A stretch of 63,979 bases of DNA, filler included, from Rhabdomonas costata (Eukaryota), in NCBI GenBank assembly GCA_019059605.1. It is 53 parts of 53 records of this genome, joined end to end, with 100 filler letters (N's around TTAATTAATTAA, not from the genome) between each part and the next. Parts side by side here need not be neighbours in the genome. Positions count along the whole stretch, not along the records: positions 1 to 1,110 come from JAHMHO010028111.1; positions 1,211 to 2,320 come from JAHMHO010028112.1; positions 2,421 to 3,530 come from JAHMHO010028113.1; positions 3,631 to 4,740 come from JAHMHO010028114.1; positions 4,841 to 5,949 come from JAHMHO010028115.1; positions 6,050 to 7,159 come from JAHMHO010028116.1; positions 7,260 to 8,367 come from JAHMHO010028117.1; positions 8,468 to 9,576 come from JAHMHO010028118.1; 45 more parts are not named here. The stretch is one strand, 5' to 3'. Below the pieces are notes generated by a model. It was not told the origin of the DNA. It was given only the letters and a program-made list of their open reading frames with translations, and searched no databases. Of this stretch, positions 1 to 9,912 are shown in pieces; within the stretch, counting starts at the first letter, position 1; each line of letters begins with the position of its first letter. The translations under genes were made by a program, and so were the position numbers.

Positions 1-319
1 GTTTTGTTGTGCAGCCCTCTGCGGCCCCGCTGTGAGGACTGCACCACAAAATACCGACCCCCCTCCTCCTCCATCAAGTTTCATGATGTAACTTTTGAAG
101 ACTGGTTTTTAATTAGCTGTTGTGACCGTGGTTGGCTGCACTCTTAAGCGGCTGCAACAAACTGCTTGCGGTCGGCATAGCGGAACCACTATGCTTCTCC
201 TTCTGCTTTGGAAAGTTGTAATGTTGGTAATGGTTCAGGATAAAGTGATGGTGGCTCTGCAGCCTTCGACATAAATCGTTGTGTCGGGGGGAGGGGGAGG
301 GTATTAAGTGGTAGCAGCA

Positions 320-1068
320 CCCCCTCGCTGTGCAGGGTGACCAGAGCGCCCCACTGGCAGCCGTGAAGCTGCCCGTCGCAGTCGTGAGGCAGGGGGGAGG
401 AGGTCCGCGCCAGCGCCTCGCCATAGCCCGAGGTAAGCGGCCTTAACAGAAATGGAAAGCAACCAGGCACGAGGTGTGGAGTTTGGACAAGCTCAACGTG
501 TAAGTTTGATGGTGTTCGAGTCTTAATGAAAAACAAGGCTTGCCGACACAGGAGGGGAGTTTGCGATGCATCCGTGGGTCCCATGCGGCAGGTGCGCGCT
601 ATGATGAAAAGTTTCAATATTTCAAGGGGTTTCCTGGAAACGTCGGGGAACCAATCCTGACAGCAAATTGCACAATGTCTCGACACGTTCAACTCACAGG
701 TAATCAAGAATAAATTCCAAAAGGTTCAGCGTTCAGTGATCAAGATTTCAGAGTTTCAAAGTGAACCGGGAGATCGAATTTGCCGCATGCATTCATCCCA
801 GGAGAAACGTACTCACACAAGCGGTAATAGATAAGAGATACCAGCTTCCAAGCAGTGTGCGCCCAGCTTTCCACAGCCTCAGGTTGGCCACCGCCCCCCG
901 AAGATGGCCGTGCGTCGCCTCCTCCCACGTCATCCCTGGCTCCGCCTCTGCCCGCCGAGCGGCTCCAAGGACCAGCTCCGTTGGCAGCCCTTGGAAGGCT
1001 TGCGGGGAGCTCCGCTCCCCGAAGATCACCTCAACTGGGGATCCGTCCACCAGCACTCGCATGCTGCC
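320..1068 (-). CDS. LamG/concanavalin A-like lectin domain protein, spliced fragment (exons 1068-842 and 441-~320; 3' end uncertain)
   Basis: GT-AG splicing gives GSMRVLVDG...LVLGA...HLRGAVANLRLWKAGRTLLGSW|PLTSGYGEALA...DGQLHGCQW. This matches LamG3-like motifs (xxxxDG, L.IG, F.G.I..LRLW, WPL..G.G). Confidence 0.65.
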
Positions 1069-1110
1069 CTGCAGGAGGTCTGTGAGAGAGGGGCAACAGC
1101 ATGACAAAAA

Positions 1111-1210
1111 NNNNNNNNNNNNNNNNNNNNNNNNNNNNNNNNNNNNNNNNNNNNTTAATTAATTAANNNNNNNNNNNNNNNNNNNNNNNNNNNNNNNNNN
1201 NNNNNNNNNN
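1111..1210. other. Artificial contig spacer (44 N + TTAATTAATTAA + 44 N); first of about 52 copies recurring every ~1.21 kb
   Basis: The identical 100-nt N/TTAATTAATTAA/N block recurs throughout (1111-1210, 2321-2420, 3531-3630 ... 62771-62870). The 12-mer places stops in all six frames. Confidence 0.99.
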
Positions 1211-1573
1211 GGGTGTGTGGGAAGCAAAGAAAAGCAGAATGCAAACATTTTTATGTATTATGTAACACTGCGCTGATCCCTTTCTGCTGCGGATTGCTTG
1301 CCACTGAAGATGCATTCTGCTTTTCTTTGCTTCCCACGTCACTCGCTTGCAACATAATCTTACATTAAGTTCGCAACGCCATAACCATTCCTATTTGACT
1401 TTTTTTTTGCAGCTGACACCGCGGCATAGAAGGTTTAGCTCACGTGCAGGGCAGCATTGCCCTACGCAAGGCGGAGAGAAGACAGGCATGCACACTGCAC
1501 CTAGCATTGCGAACCGAGGTGCAACGCCAGCATCCGGCAGCCCATCAGCCCCACCGTGATCGCCAGTCCGCAC

Positions 1574-2293
1574 CGTGTCAAAGGCCAAAGGAACACTCTC
1601 CAAGCTTTCCCGGAAGAGAGCGCCTCCACCTCCAGGGCTGCAGCCCAGCGTGGCCTGAGACCGAGCTTGGGATTGTTGGGCCTGCAGCAGGGCAATCTCG
1701 TGCAGTCTCTGGCGCATCGCGCAGTCCATCACGGAGGGGCTGAGCTGCACCTCCCGCGCAGGGGTCAGTACCAGGGACTGCGTGTCCCCCACACCAGCCT
1801 TGTAGCGTCGAACGTCCTCCCAGACCTGACGCCAGAAGACAGACGTGAAAGTGGACAAATGGGCAGGATGTTTTCACTTGCACTCAACTTGAATTGAGGA
1901 TCCATGCCTTATTTTAACCCAACCACCACCCCGATCGGCGTGAATTACCCGGTTTACGTTCACAGTCACCATCACCCCAGCCGCAAGTGCCAGTTTCTGG
2001 TAGTGGGCACTTCCCAACCCACCTGTCCCTCTCATGTGGTGAGGAGACTAAAGATTAAACTATACAGATGGAAGGAGGCACTCACAGCGGTGGTTAGCCC
2101 AAACTGCCGAAGTGCGTTCAAAGGCACAGAAAAAAAGTAGCGTAACAAAAAGAAGCGTTGCGGACCTTCTGCAGACTACCCACCAGCTGAACTCCTCTCT
2201 CGGAACACGGCTCTTGCCCGAGCTGACTGCGGTTGAGAATATTTCTCACATCGACGTCCACCTCAAGGCAGGTGCACGCAACCCTCGGAATCC
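1574..2293 (-). CDS. REV3: DNA polymerase zeta catalytic subunit, N-terminal region (exons 2293-2166 and 1825-~1574)
   Basis: The spliced peptide RVACTCLEVDVDVRNILNR...VQLVGSLQK|VWEDVRRYK matches the REV3 N-terminal motif CxLEVDxxxxDILNR...LVxSLxxxWEDExRR. Splice sites are canonical and phase 0. Confidence 0.7.
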
Positions 2294-2921
2294 CTGAAGG
2301 AAACAATGCCCACACCCCACNNNNNNNNNNNNNNNNNNNNNNNNNNNNNNNNNNNNNNNNNNNNTTAATTAATTAANNNNNNNNNNNNNNNNNNNNNNNN
2401 NNNNNNNNNNNNNNNNNNNNGGTTTGTTGGGCCTCGATACAGAAGCTGTCACAGTTTGACAATGTGGAAGGTGGGTCACCCTTTCGAGGAGCCTTGGGCG
2501 CGTTTGTGGGGCTGTAGCGAAGCGTGTAATCTGAACAAGCGCACGGACATACAAACGCCACCAACGCCACAACACATGCGGAAAACGAAAAGGTGTTAAT
2601 AACCGGTAACGCTCCTGCTCCCACACCAGACCGGAAATCCAGCAATGCATCGTTTCACCAAACCTTTGTCCTCCTGCAGCGTCACGAAAAAAATCTAATA
2701 GCTGTATGTACCGTATGTTAACAAAATCATTGCCTCAGGATAGCGGCTAAAAGTGAAATTTGACTCAACCGGCCCGCACCCTGGTCCCACTCCGAGCCCA
2801 TATTTCATCAGCCGTTCTCCTTCGCAGCGCAGAGCTACCCTCCCAAGGTCGACCATTGGACCTCACCAAACGGAACTTGACACTCTCATCACAGACCAAC
2901 AAGTCCGCAGGTCACACATGC

Positions 2922-3135
2922 CTGAAGGAACGGCCCATACAGGCCGCACGTACTCCGAGGCGGTGTCACGAAGCAGCCAGAGGTGAGTCATGGGGCCAAC
3001 TCCAGCCCCTGCAAACTGTCCTCCCCACGACAACCCGTCCGCCTGAGTCCCACTGCCGCCGTGGTGGTGCTGCTCCTCAGCGGCAAAGAGGCTGTAGTAC
3101 ATCCAATGGTACTCCAGCCACCAGAGCCGATGAGC
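2922..3135 (-). CDS. Probable exon of an unknown protein
   Basis: GC3-rich open frame (HRLWWLEYHWMYYSLFAAEEQ...LRDTASEYVRPVWAVPS) follows a cag acceptor. No family recognised. Confidence 0.3.
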
Positions 3136-3899
3136 TGCCAGGATTGTGTGGATGTGAAAGTGAGTGAGGGTGCGTGTGTGTGTGGGGGGGCATACTCAGC
3201 AGCCTTGATGCCAAAAGGTGTGTGCGCCATCTTGCACTACTCCCTCCCTTACCAAAAGGTTGGTTTCCCCATAGCCCTTTTCTCCCTTGCAAGGTGATAC
3301 GTCAAGAATTTTCCCATGCTGTTATTAATGATTGCAAAATACTGCCCAATGGCATTTACATTCACGCAGACCCCGCCTCAAACTTCCCTCCACGGTCGTG
3401 CTCATTGTTGCTTGCTCCCACACACGCGTTTGAAAACTCTACGGTTGTTGTTGTCCTTAGAGTTCCTTTCAACCCGTTGCATTCCTCCCTAAATTTAACC
3501 TGCTCCTTCACTGTGTAGTGCATTCAACAGNNNNNNNNNNNNNNNNNNNNNNNNNNNNNNNNNNNNNNNNNNNNTTAATTAATTAANNNNNNNNNNNNNN
3601 NNNNNNNNNNNNNNNNNNNNNNNNNNNNNNTTTGTGTGGGTTAGCTGCACTTCCCTGCAGCGTCATTTTGACTCTTAGCTTTCTTGCAAGAACCCACACA
3701 GATCGTCAAGGACTTTCACACTACCCATGGTATCCCTCTTTGTTTCTTGCTCCCTTGCTTGCTTGATAGCTTGAGGCTCAGTGATTCAGTAATTGTGGGT
3801 TTCGGAAGCTGCATCATCATCCCTTTCGTGTAAGGCTGCTAACGATACCCAGATACGGTTCTGGGCACAGGCGGTAAGAGCAGCAGCTGCACAGCCCAC

Positions 3900-4535
3900 C
3901 TGCTCCCGCTGCTCGTTGGCAAAGATCTGCTCGTCGGTGCGGTAGAACGCCCTCACGGAACGGTCGTGCCCCGCCGTGACGATCAGGGAGGCATCGGAGT
4001 TAACGGAAAGGCAGAGAATGCCCTGAACCCAGTCATATCAGAAACGGTAAACGGAATATGAAGCAGTCGCTGCAAGTTGCGTTGTTCCGAGAAAACCGAC
4101 TCCAAAAAAATGGACCAAAGTCCCTAAGTCCCGGGGCAAGAGGGATTATCCTCAAGCACAACCCACTACCACAAGAGATAGCCGACCCCATAAAGGCAAC
4201 CCTACCAGAAAGCTTCCTTCACAACATCACCAGCATTCACCATTCATCATTCACTCATGCAATCACCAACCAGGATCCATTAGTGTTAGTCCTGCTGACC
4301 TCGGTATGGAAAACCCAGCACGAACCTGGATGTGGCTGCGGAGGATCTGGATGAGCTGGTACGTGTCCGCGTCCCAGTACTTCACCGTGCCGTCCATGGA
4401 AGTAGAGAAGAAGTAGTGCGTGCCGCGGCAGAACCGCACCGCCGTCACGGGCTGGTCGTGCGCAAACAAGGACCTCTTGCACTCCCCGAAGACCAGCCCC
4501 CAGATCTTCAGGTTCTTGTCCATCCCCGCACTCAC
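3900..4535 (-). CDS. UTP12: U3 snoRNP WD40 protein Utp12/Dip2/WDR3 (exons 4535-4326 and 4022-3900)
   Basis: MDKNLKIWGLVFGECKRSLFAHDQPVTAVRF...KYWDADTYQLIQILRSHIQ|GILCLSVNSDASLIVTAGHDRSVRAFYRTDEQIF matches the WDR3 signature KIWGLDFGDCHKSLFAH. Exons are 210 and 123 nt, phase 0, GT-AG. Confidence 0.9.
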
Positions 4536-4846
4536 CTGCGATGAAGGAGTACGCGGACGAGGAGTGCGAGGAGTTCTCCTGGACGTGTATGGAGACGGGC
4601 TGCTCTGCCTGTAGTAGTAAACTGGGTCTCCACTTGTTTTCGATGCGCTATCGTCGGAAGTTGTAGTTAACAACCACTTGCCGCGGACCCTCCATCAGAA
4701 ACGCTCACGTAACGGGATCCGTGCATTACCCCCCCCCCCCNNNNNNNNNNNNNNNNNNNNNNNNNNNNNNNNNNNNNNNNNNNNTTAATTAATTAANNNN
4801 NNNNNNNNNNNNNNNNNNNNNNNNNNNNNNNNNNNNNNNNTGTGGG

Positions 4847-4977
4847 TGTGATGACCACGGAGCAGACCGCACTCACCTTCCCTCCCGAAATTGCTGCTCC
4901 CCTGCATTGTGTAAGGCGTACCAAGCTTGTCAAAGCCGGCAGGGAAGGTGAGTGCGGTCTGCTCCGTGGTCATCACA
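4847..4977. repeat. Contig-terminal inverted repeat (37-bp arms 4847-4883 / 4941-4977)
   Basis: Perfect reverse-complement arms begin at the contig start. Likely an amplification fold-back. Confidence 0.85.
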
Positions 4978-5199
4978 TGCACAGCAAAGGTCTGGATGGC
5001 GAAGTCAATTCCTTGAAAACACCAATCATGCAGGATCCAGAAGAATTGTAACTCCGAATGCGCAAATCAAAATTTGCAAACGCAAACCGAGGACAGAAAG
5101 AAAAGATAGGGAAATACTGGCAGAACTGGAGTTAGAGGACAACACTCCATGCGGAGCAAGCGATAGTTGCAACAGCAGAAGGAGAACCACACCCCGCAC

Positions 5200-5824
5200 A
5201 ATAGCTTCCATATTGATCCGCAAGATCTTCTGCTCATCGACAATTTCCGTCAGCTCCATAATCTGTGATCGAATCTGAAAAAAATACCCGCGAAAAGAAG
5301 ACCGTGATACCGCCAAACAGAAACACCGCAAAAAGGCAGTTACAATGTCTTAACACCATCGACCACCATCGCAGCAGTGGGCTGTCCTGCCAACCACTCT
5401 TAATCTTAAACGAAACAAATGTGTGCGCGTGCGGCGAAAACCACTCTTCACAAAAACCCGTGGAGCGATGGCGAATAGGAGGAAAACTTACGACTTACCT
5501 TATTTATGCTTCAGCAGTGCGGTCTGGGAAGAAGAAGCCACTGAAACTGAACGTCATGAATGACGCAGGATAAACTGCGCCAAAATGAAAAAAGCCAACA
5601 ACTCAAGAACCTTCATGATCATTTGCATGCCCAGGCCGAGGTTCTTGGTGACCTGGAACTTGGTGTTGGAGGGGAATACCATCTCCCTCTCGCGAGGAAA
5701 CCGGGAGTATTTCTCAATGGACTTGCAGGACATGGGATCAATGATGAACACAGTGCCATCCTTGAGCTCCCCGTTGGACTTCACTTTTATAAACTCCTCC
5801 GCGACGCTCTTCGAAAGCGATGAG
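5200..5824 (-). CDS. Mono-ADP-ribosyltransferase (ART, R-S-E clade) domain, C-terminal half (exons 5824-5611 and 5274-5200)
   Basis: xSSLSKSVAEEF...GTVFII...KSIEKYSRFPREREMVFPSNTKFQV...K|IRSQIMELTEI. It has an STS-like motif, an S.FP.ExE catalytic loop and a terminal IxLxEI strand. GT-AG intron. Confidence 0.8.
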
Positions 5825-6164
5825 CTAAGGCGCACAGAGATAGCAAGGGTACGGACAGAGGGATGCGCAGTACTAGTATCCGTATGCATGTTTGTAGTGA
5901 CACTGCTGATCCAAAAAGACTGCATGAACATCACATGTTCAGCAAAACCNNNNNNNNNNNNNNNNNNNNNNNNNNNNNNNNNNNNNNNNNNNNTTAATTA
6001 ATTAANNNNNNNNNNNNNNNNNNNNNNNNNNNNNNNNNNNNNNNNNNNNGGGGGTGGTGGGGCGAATGGAGGAGGTCAAAAACGCACAACCCTTCAACCC
6101 AAAGAAACTACTGACTACTACTACAAACTACTGCTACCATGGTTTGGAGAGAAACAGTGCACAC

Positions 6165-7087
6165 CTTTTTGGCCTCCTCCATTCGCTCCACCAGCTCCGC
6201 CGCCTTTGCCGTGGCCGCCTTCAGGGCCAGTGCAGTCTTCTGGGCCTCCGCTTGTGCAGAGACCAGCTGGGCGGTGAGGTCCTGCACCTGCTTCTCCAGG
6301 GCCTCGCGCTGAGCCAGAAAGTCCGCCTGCTGGGACTCAAGCTGGGCCTCCGCAGACGCGAGCTTAGAGGACAGAGCTTCCAGGGCTTCGGCAGATTCCT
6401 TCTTGAGCTCCGCCAGTGCAGCCTCGTAGTCCTTGGAGCCCTGCAAGGACAGTCATGATTTTCTAGAGGACAGTTGCTTTGTTTCAGATGCTTTTTTGGA
6501 GATGCGAAGTATGTATAAAGCACACTGCGTCTCAGTCGAAAAGGAACAAAGGATATCACAAGCTGAAGAAAAAGTCCCGCTCAAATTTCAACCTCCCATT
6601 CCAGTCCCAAATTGCCCCCACACCATTGCTGAAGCCCATCCAACTAAGCTACTTCTGCTTTGGTAGCGCTGGCGTTCTGGGAGGGAAACGGCAGCCCCCT
6701 GACCTTCGCCTGGCTCTCTCGGCCGCTCTGCAGCTCCGCCTGAAGCTTCTCAATTGTCTGCTGCAGTGCCTTCACCTTGGTCTCAGCCTCGGCCTTCTGC
6801 TTCTCCAGAGCCTTCGCCATGGCCTCCTTCTGCTCCGCCAGCCGCTGCTCCCAATGTGCCTCCACGCCCTGGGCTTGCAGCTTGGCCCCCTCCGCCTGCC
6901 GGGCGACCTCCGCCTTGGCCTCCGCGTGGGCCTCCTTCAGCGCGGCCAAGGCCTTCCGGATCTCCTGCAGCTGCCTCTCCGAGGCCTCCAGGCTCTCCTT
7001 CAGGGAGTCCCGCTCGGCCTGCAGGGCTTGGGAGGCGGAGCTGGAGCTCTGCTGAAGGCCCTTCAGGGTCTTCTCCAGGGCCTTCAC
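6165..7087 (-). CDS. Long coiled-coil protein fragment (exons 7087-6704 and 6440-6165)
   Basis: A/E/K/Q/L-rich heptad sequence. The 384- and 276-nt phase-0 exons are bounded by cag/gt. Confidence 0.8.
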
Positions 7088-7527
7088 CTGCAAACACGAC
7101 GCACAACGCACAGTTGAGAACAAGTTGAGAAAAAGTCCCGCTCAAATTTCAACACCCCCNNNNNNNNNNNNNNNNNNNNNNNNNNNNNNNNNNNNNNNNN
7201 NNNTTAATTAATTAANNNNNNNNNNNNNNNNNNNNNNNNNNNNNNNNNNNNNNNNNNNNTGTTGTGGGGAGTTCAACCCTGGAGACTCTTAAAATATATT
7301 CTTTGGGTCCTTTGCCATTCAGGTTAAAACTGCAGTTGGATAGTGCCGGGGGGGGGGTCACCAAACAGACGGAACCCCTTTCCATGTGAAAAGTGCAAAC
7401 GTAAACTCTCCCCTCAAGGCCCCGGTTATTCTCGAGCCCTTGTAGTCTTTTGTCTTTTGAATTTCTTCCCTCCCTTCTTGAGCGACGTTTCCTCTTCCTC
7501 CTATTCCTCCTCTTCCCTCTGACGTAC

Positions 7528-7657
7528 CAGGGCGACCACCAGGAAGTTGAACAGCTGCCTCGCCGTAGAGTCCCCGGCAATGTGCAGCCACTTCCCGTTC
7601 AGGCAGGTCCGGGCCTGCTCGGCGGGAACTCGCGAGTACCCCACCACTGCCCAGTCC
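7528..7657 (-). CDS. PC-esterase/SGNH-like (GDS motif) acyl-esterase exon
   Basis: ARTCLNGKWLHIAGDSTARQLFNFL matches the CL.GK.....GDS..RQ.F motif of PC-esterase/NXPE/Cas1p-like proteins. Flanked by cag and gtacgt. Confidence 0.7.
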
Positions 7658-7832
7658 CTGAATCACACAAAACCACACAAACCGCACCCAGATATACAAA
7701 CAAGCGGAAGTACCCAGAACACAACGAAGATTACTCCCCATACAGTCCACCGCTAGCTCATCAATTCATACACCGGTCGGCGGTGGTGCACAAATACAAC
7801 AGAGTCGCACCTGCACAAAAACAGCACCTCCC

Positions 7833-7837
<5 letters not shown>

Positions 7838-7864
<27 letters not shown>
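7838..7864 (+). repeat. (GA)n microsatellite
   Basis: Direct reading of a GA dinucleotide run. Confidence 0.9.
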
Positions 7865-7868
<4 letters not shown>

Positions 7869-8521
7869 GACGGGTGCCATAACAGCAATTAATGACGTCA
7901 ATGGCAATGTCATCACGTCCAAATGTATGGAAAATCCCAACTAACATCAATTTGAGGGCTAAGGTTCTTTTGTACATACGTGGCCTCCTGAAACGCTGCG
8001 CCTTGGAGTCGAGTTTTCCTGACCTTTCACCCTCGGCCGGATGCCCGCTGGTGACAAAAAACACAAGGCCGGAAGGGAGTCCCAACCTCAATGATGCCCA
8101 ACAAAGCACATGCGCACCCGAAAACGAAGACCCCCATAAAACGCAAAAACAACCGCGTCGGTGTGAACGTCGCCCGAAAATGCATTCCAGGCCGCGCCCG
8201 ACGGTTCTCCCCTGGGGGAGAACGGCGCCCATTCAACAGGAGTCCGGCAAAGGGAGGTCGCCGCGCCAAGATCGCGCCCCCGAGCCGCTCAATTAAGCCG
8301 TCGCTGATGTAGAAGTGGGGGGTGCTGCCATCCCGAGGATGCCGCCCCTGAAGAAGGACACAACACANNNNNNNNNNNNNNNNNNNNNNNNNNNNNNNNN
8401 NNNNNNNNNNNTTAATTAATTAANNNNNNNNNNNNNNNNNNNNNNNNNNNNNNNNNNNNNNNNNNNNTGTTGGCTGTAAAACTTAAACTATTTAATTTTA
8501 CTATCAATATCAAATATGTAA

Positions 8522-8560
8522 TTTTTACTTTTTCTACATTGTATGTAGAAAAAGTAAAAA
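8522..8560. terminator. Perfect 18-bp AT-rich palindromic hairpin, resembling a Mimiviridae 3'-end/polyadenylation hairpin
   Basis: tttttactttttctacat-tgt-atgtagaaaaagtaaaaa lies ~60 nt downstream of the minus-strand stop at 8621. Confidence 0.7.
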
Positions 8561-8620
8561 CAAAGTCAAAGGCTACACTGAGCAATTACGCACACAAAGC
8601 ATGAACACAAAAAAGAATGT

Positions 8621-9195
8621 TCAGGGCAGACGACCAAAGGCCGGAACTGACCGTTTCCAATCTTCGTATGCCTTTGCGACGTCCGCAGCAATCTCTTGCT
8701 GGTACATCATAAGCATCCGCTCGACACTTCCTCGGAATTTTTTACTATATATATGCTGCCGCACCGGCGTCTTGCCTCGCTTAAAAACTTCAAGTTGGTG
8801 TCGGTATTCGTTTGTGATAAGGACCTTAAAAAAGTCGGTCATCATCTTTTTAACGTTGGTCTTGGTCAAAGACCAAGATTCCAATTCAAAAAACGTGTCG
8901 CGGATATTCTTCAAAAAAAGAACGAAGTCGTCGACTTCTTCGAGTCGGTAATGTTTAACGGTCTTTTTAGACCGTTCTTGCAAAAAAACTTCTCCCAATA
9001 AGAAAGATTACGATTCACAACGTTGATCATCGCGGTCTTAATGGGCTCGCGCATTGTCTTTTGTAGGCTCAGCCAGAGCATGAACTCCATGTGCATATCT
9101 GGCAGCTGGCGGCCCATTGTGAAGCTTGGGAAAGAGCTCGAAAAAGCTTTTGAAAAAGGCTGTGGAAGAAGTGCTTGATTATATTCTTCGCGCAT
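8621..9195 (-). CDS. Hypothetical protein, probably giant-virus; split into two overlapping frames (9195-8911 and 8998-8621)
   Basis: Intronless. ATG at 9195 lies 44 nt downstream of AAAATTGA, and the hairpin follows the stop. The two frames join at a T7 run (8982-8988). Confidence 0.55.
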
Positions 9196-9238
9196 GTAAT
9201 ACAGTATTAGTATATGGAATTTCAAATAAAATAAATTT

Positions 9239-9246
9239 TCAATTTT
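9239..9246 (-). promoter_or_regulatory. AAAATTGA Mimiviridae-type early promoter motif
   Basis: Exact octamer on the minus strand in an AT-rich intergenic region upstream of the ATG at 9195. Confidence 0.6.
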
Positions 9247-9323
9247 TTGTAATCCTACATAATATTTTTATTTTTACATGTATTTTCTGTCACTCTCTTT
9301 TTTTATTTCTTACTTATTTATAG

Positions 9324-9576
9324 ATGGAAATTTTACACAATAATTTATCAACTGATCTTAATACACAAATAAACAATGACATTCCACAATTAAATATTTC
9401 GTCTATACATAATAAATCATATTTTCGTTTTCCTACAATGTCAAAAAATTGTAATCATGTCTCACGTAAATTATCTTGTAATATTAACAATTTATTATTT
9501 CATACAGACAGTCTAAATATTATTCAACCATGTTCTTCTCGTATTCATGTTATTACAGATTCTTTAAATACACCTA
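9324..9576 (+). CDS. Asn-rich hypothetical protein (partial), probably giant-virus
   Basis: AT-rich ORF MEILHNNLSTDLNTQINND... is divergent from the previous gene and runs off the contig end. Confidence 0.55.
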
Positions 9577-9726
9577 NNNNNNNNNNNNNNNNNNNNNNNN
9601 NNNNNNNNNNNNNNNNNNNNTTAATTAATTAANNNNNNNNNNNNNNNNNNNNNNNNNNNNNNNNNNNNNNNNNNNNACTTGAGCATTGACTCCCCACGTT
9701 GTGTCGTAAACGCGCCTTCTTGCCAG

Positions 9727-9912
9727 GCCGGGATGAACGCCTTCCTGAGCAAGCCTGTACCGCGGGGCCTTCTTCAGCAGGTGGTGACGCGGTGGCTGCT
9801 GTACCGGGAGCAGTCGCTGCCCACCCGTGGGGAGTTTGTGATGTCCCCAAGCATGCTGATGATGGCGACGGGGACAGCGGAGGACGCGACTTCACAATTC
9901 CCACACCCGTAA
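9727..9912 (+). CDS. Terminal exon with the C-terminal end of a response-regulator receiver domain (hybrid histidine kinase-like)
   Basis: cag|AGMNAFLSKPVPRGLLQQVVTRWL matches the AGMxxxLxKP receiver motif. Stop at 9912. Confidence 0.75.
   Translation, partial: AGMNAFLSKPVPRGLLQQVVTRWLLYREQSLPTRGEFVMSPSMLMMATGTAEDATSQFPHP

Noticed and set aside
6479-7145. Long alternative-frame and antisense ORFs over the coiled-coil exons (also 45196-45720 over glnE and 35304-35798 over the LRR)
   Set aside because: Shadow ORFs caused by GC3-rich codon usage on the true strand.
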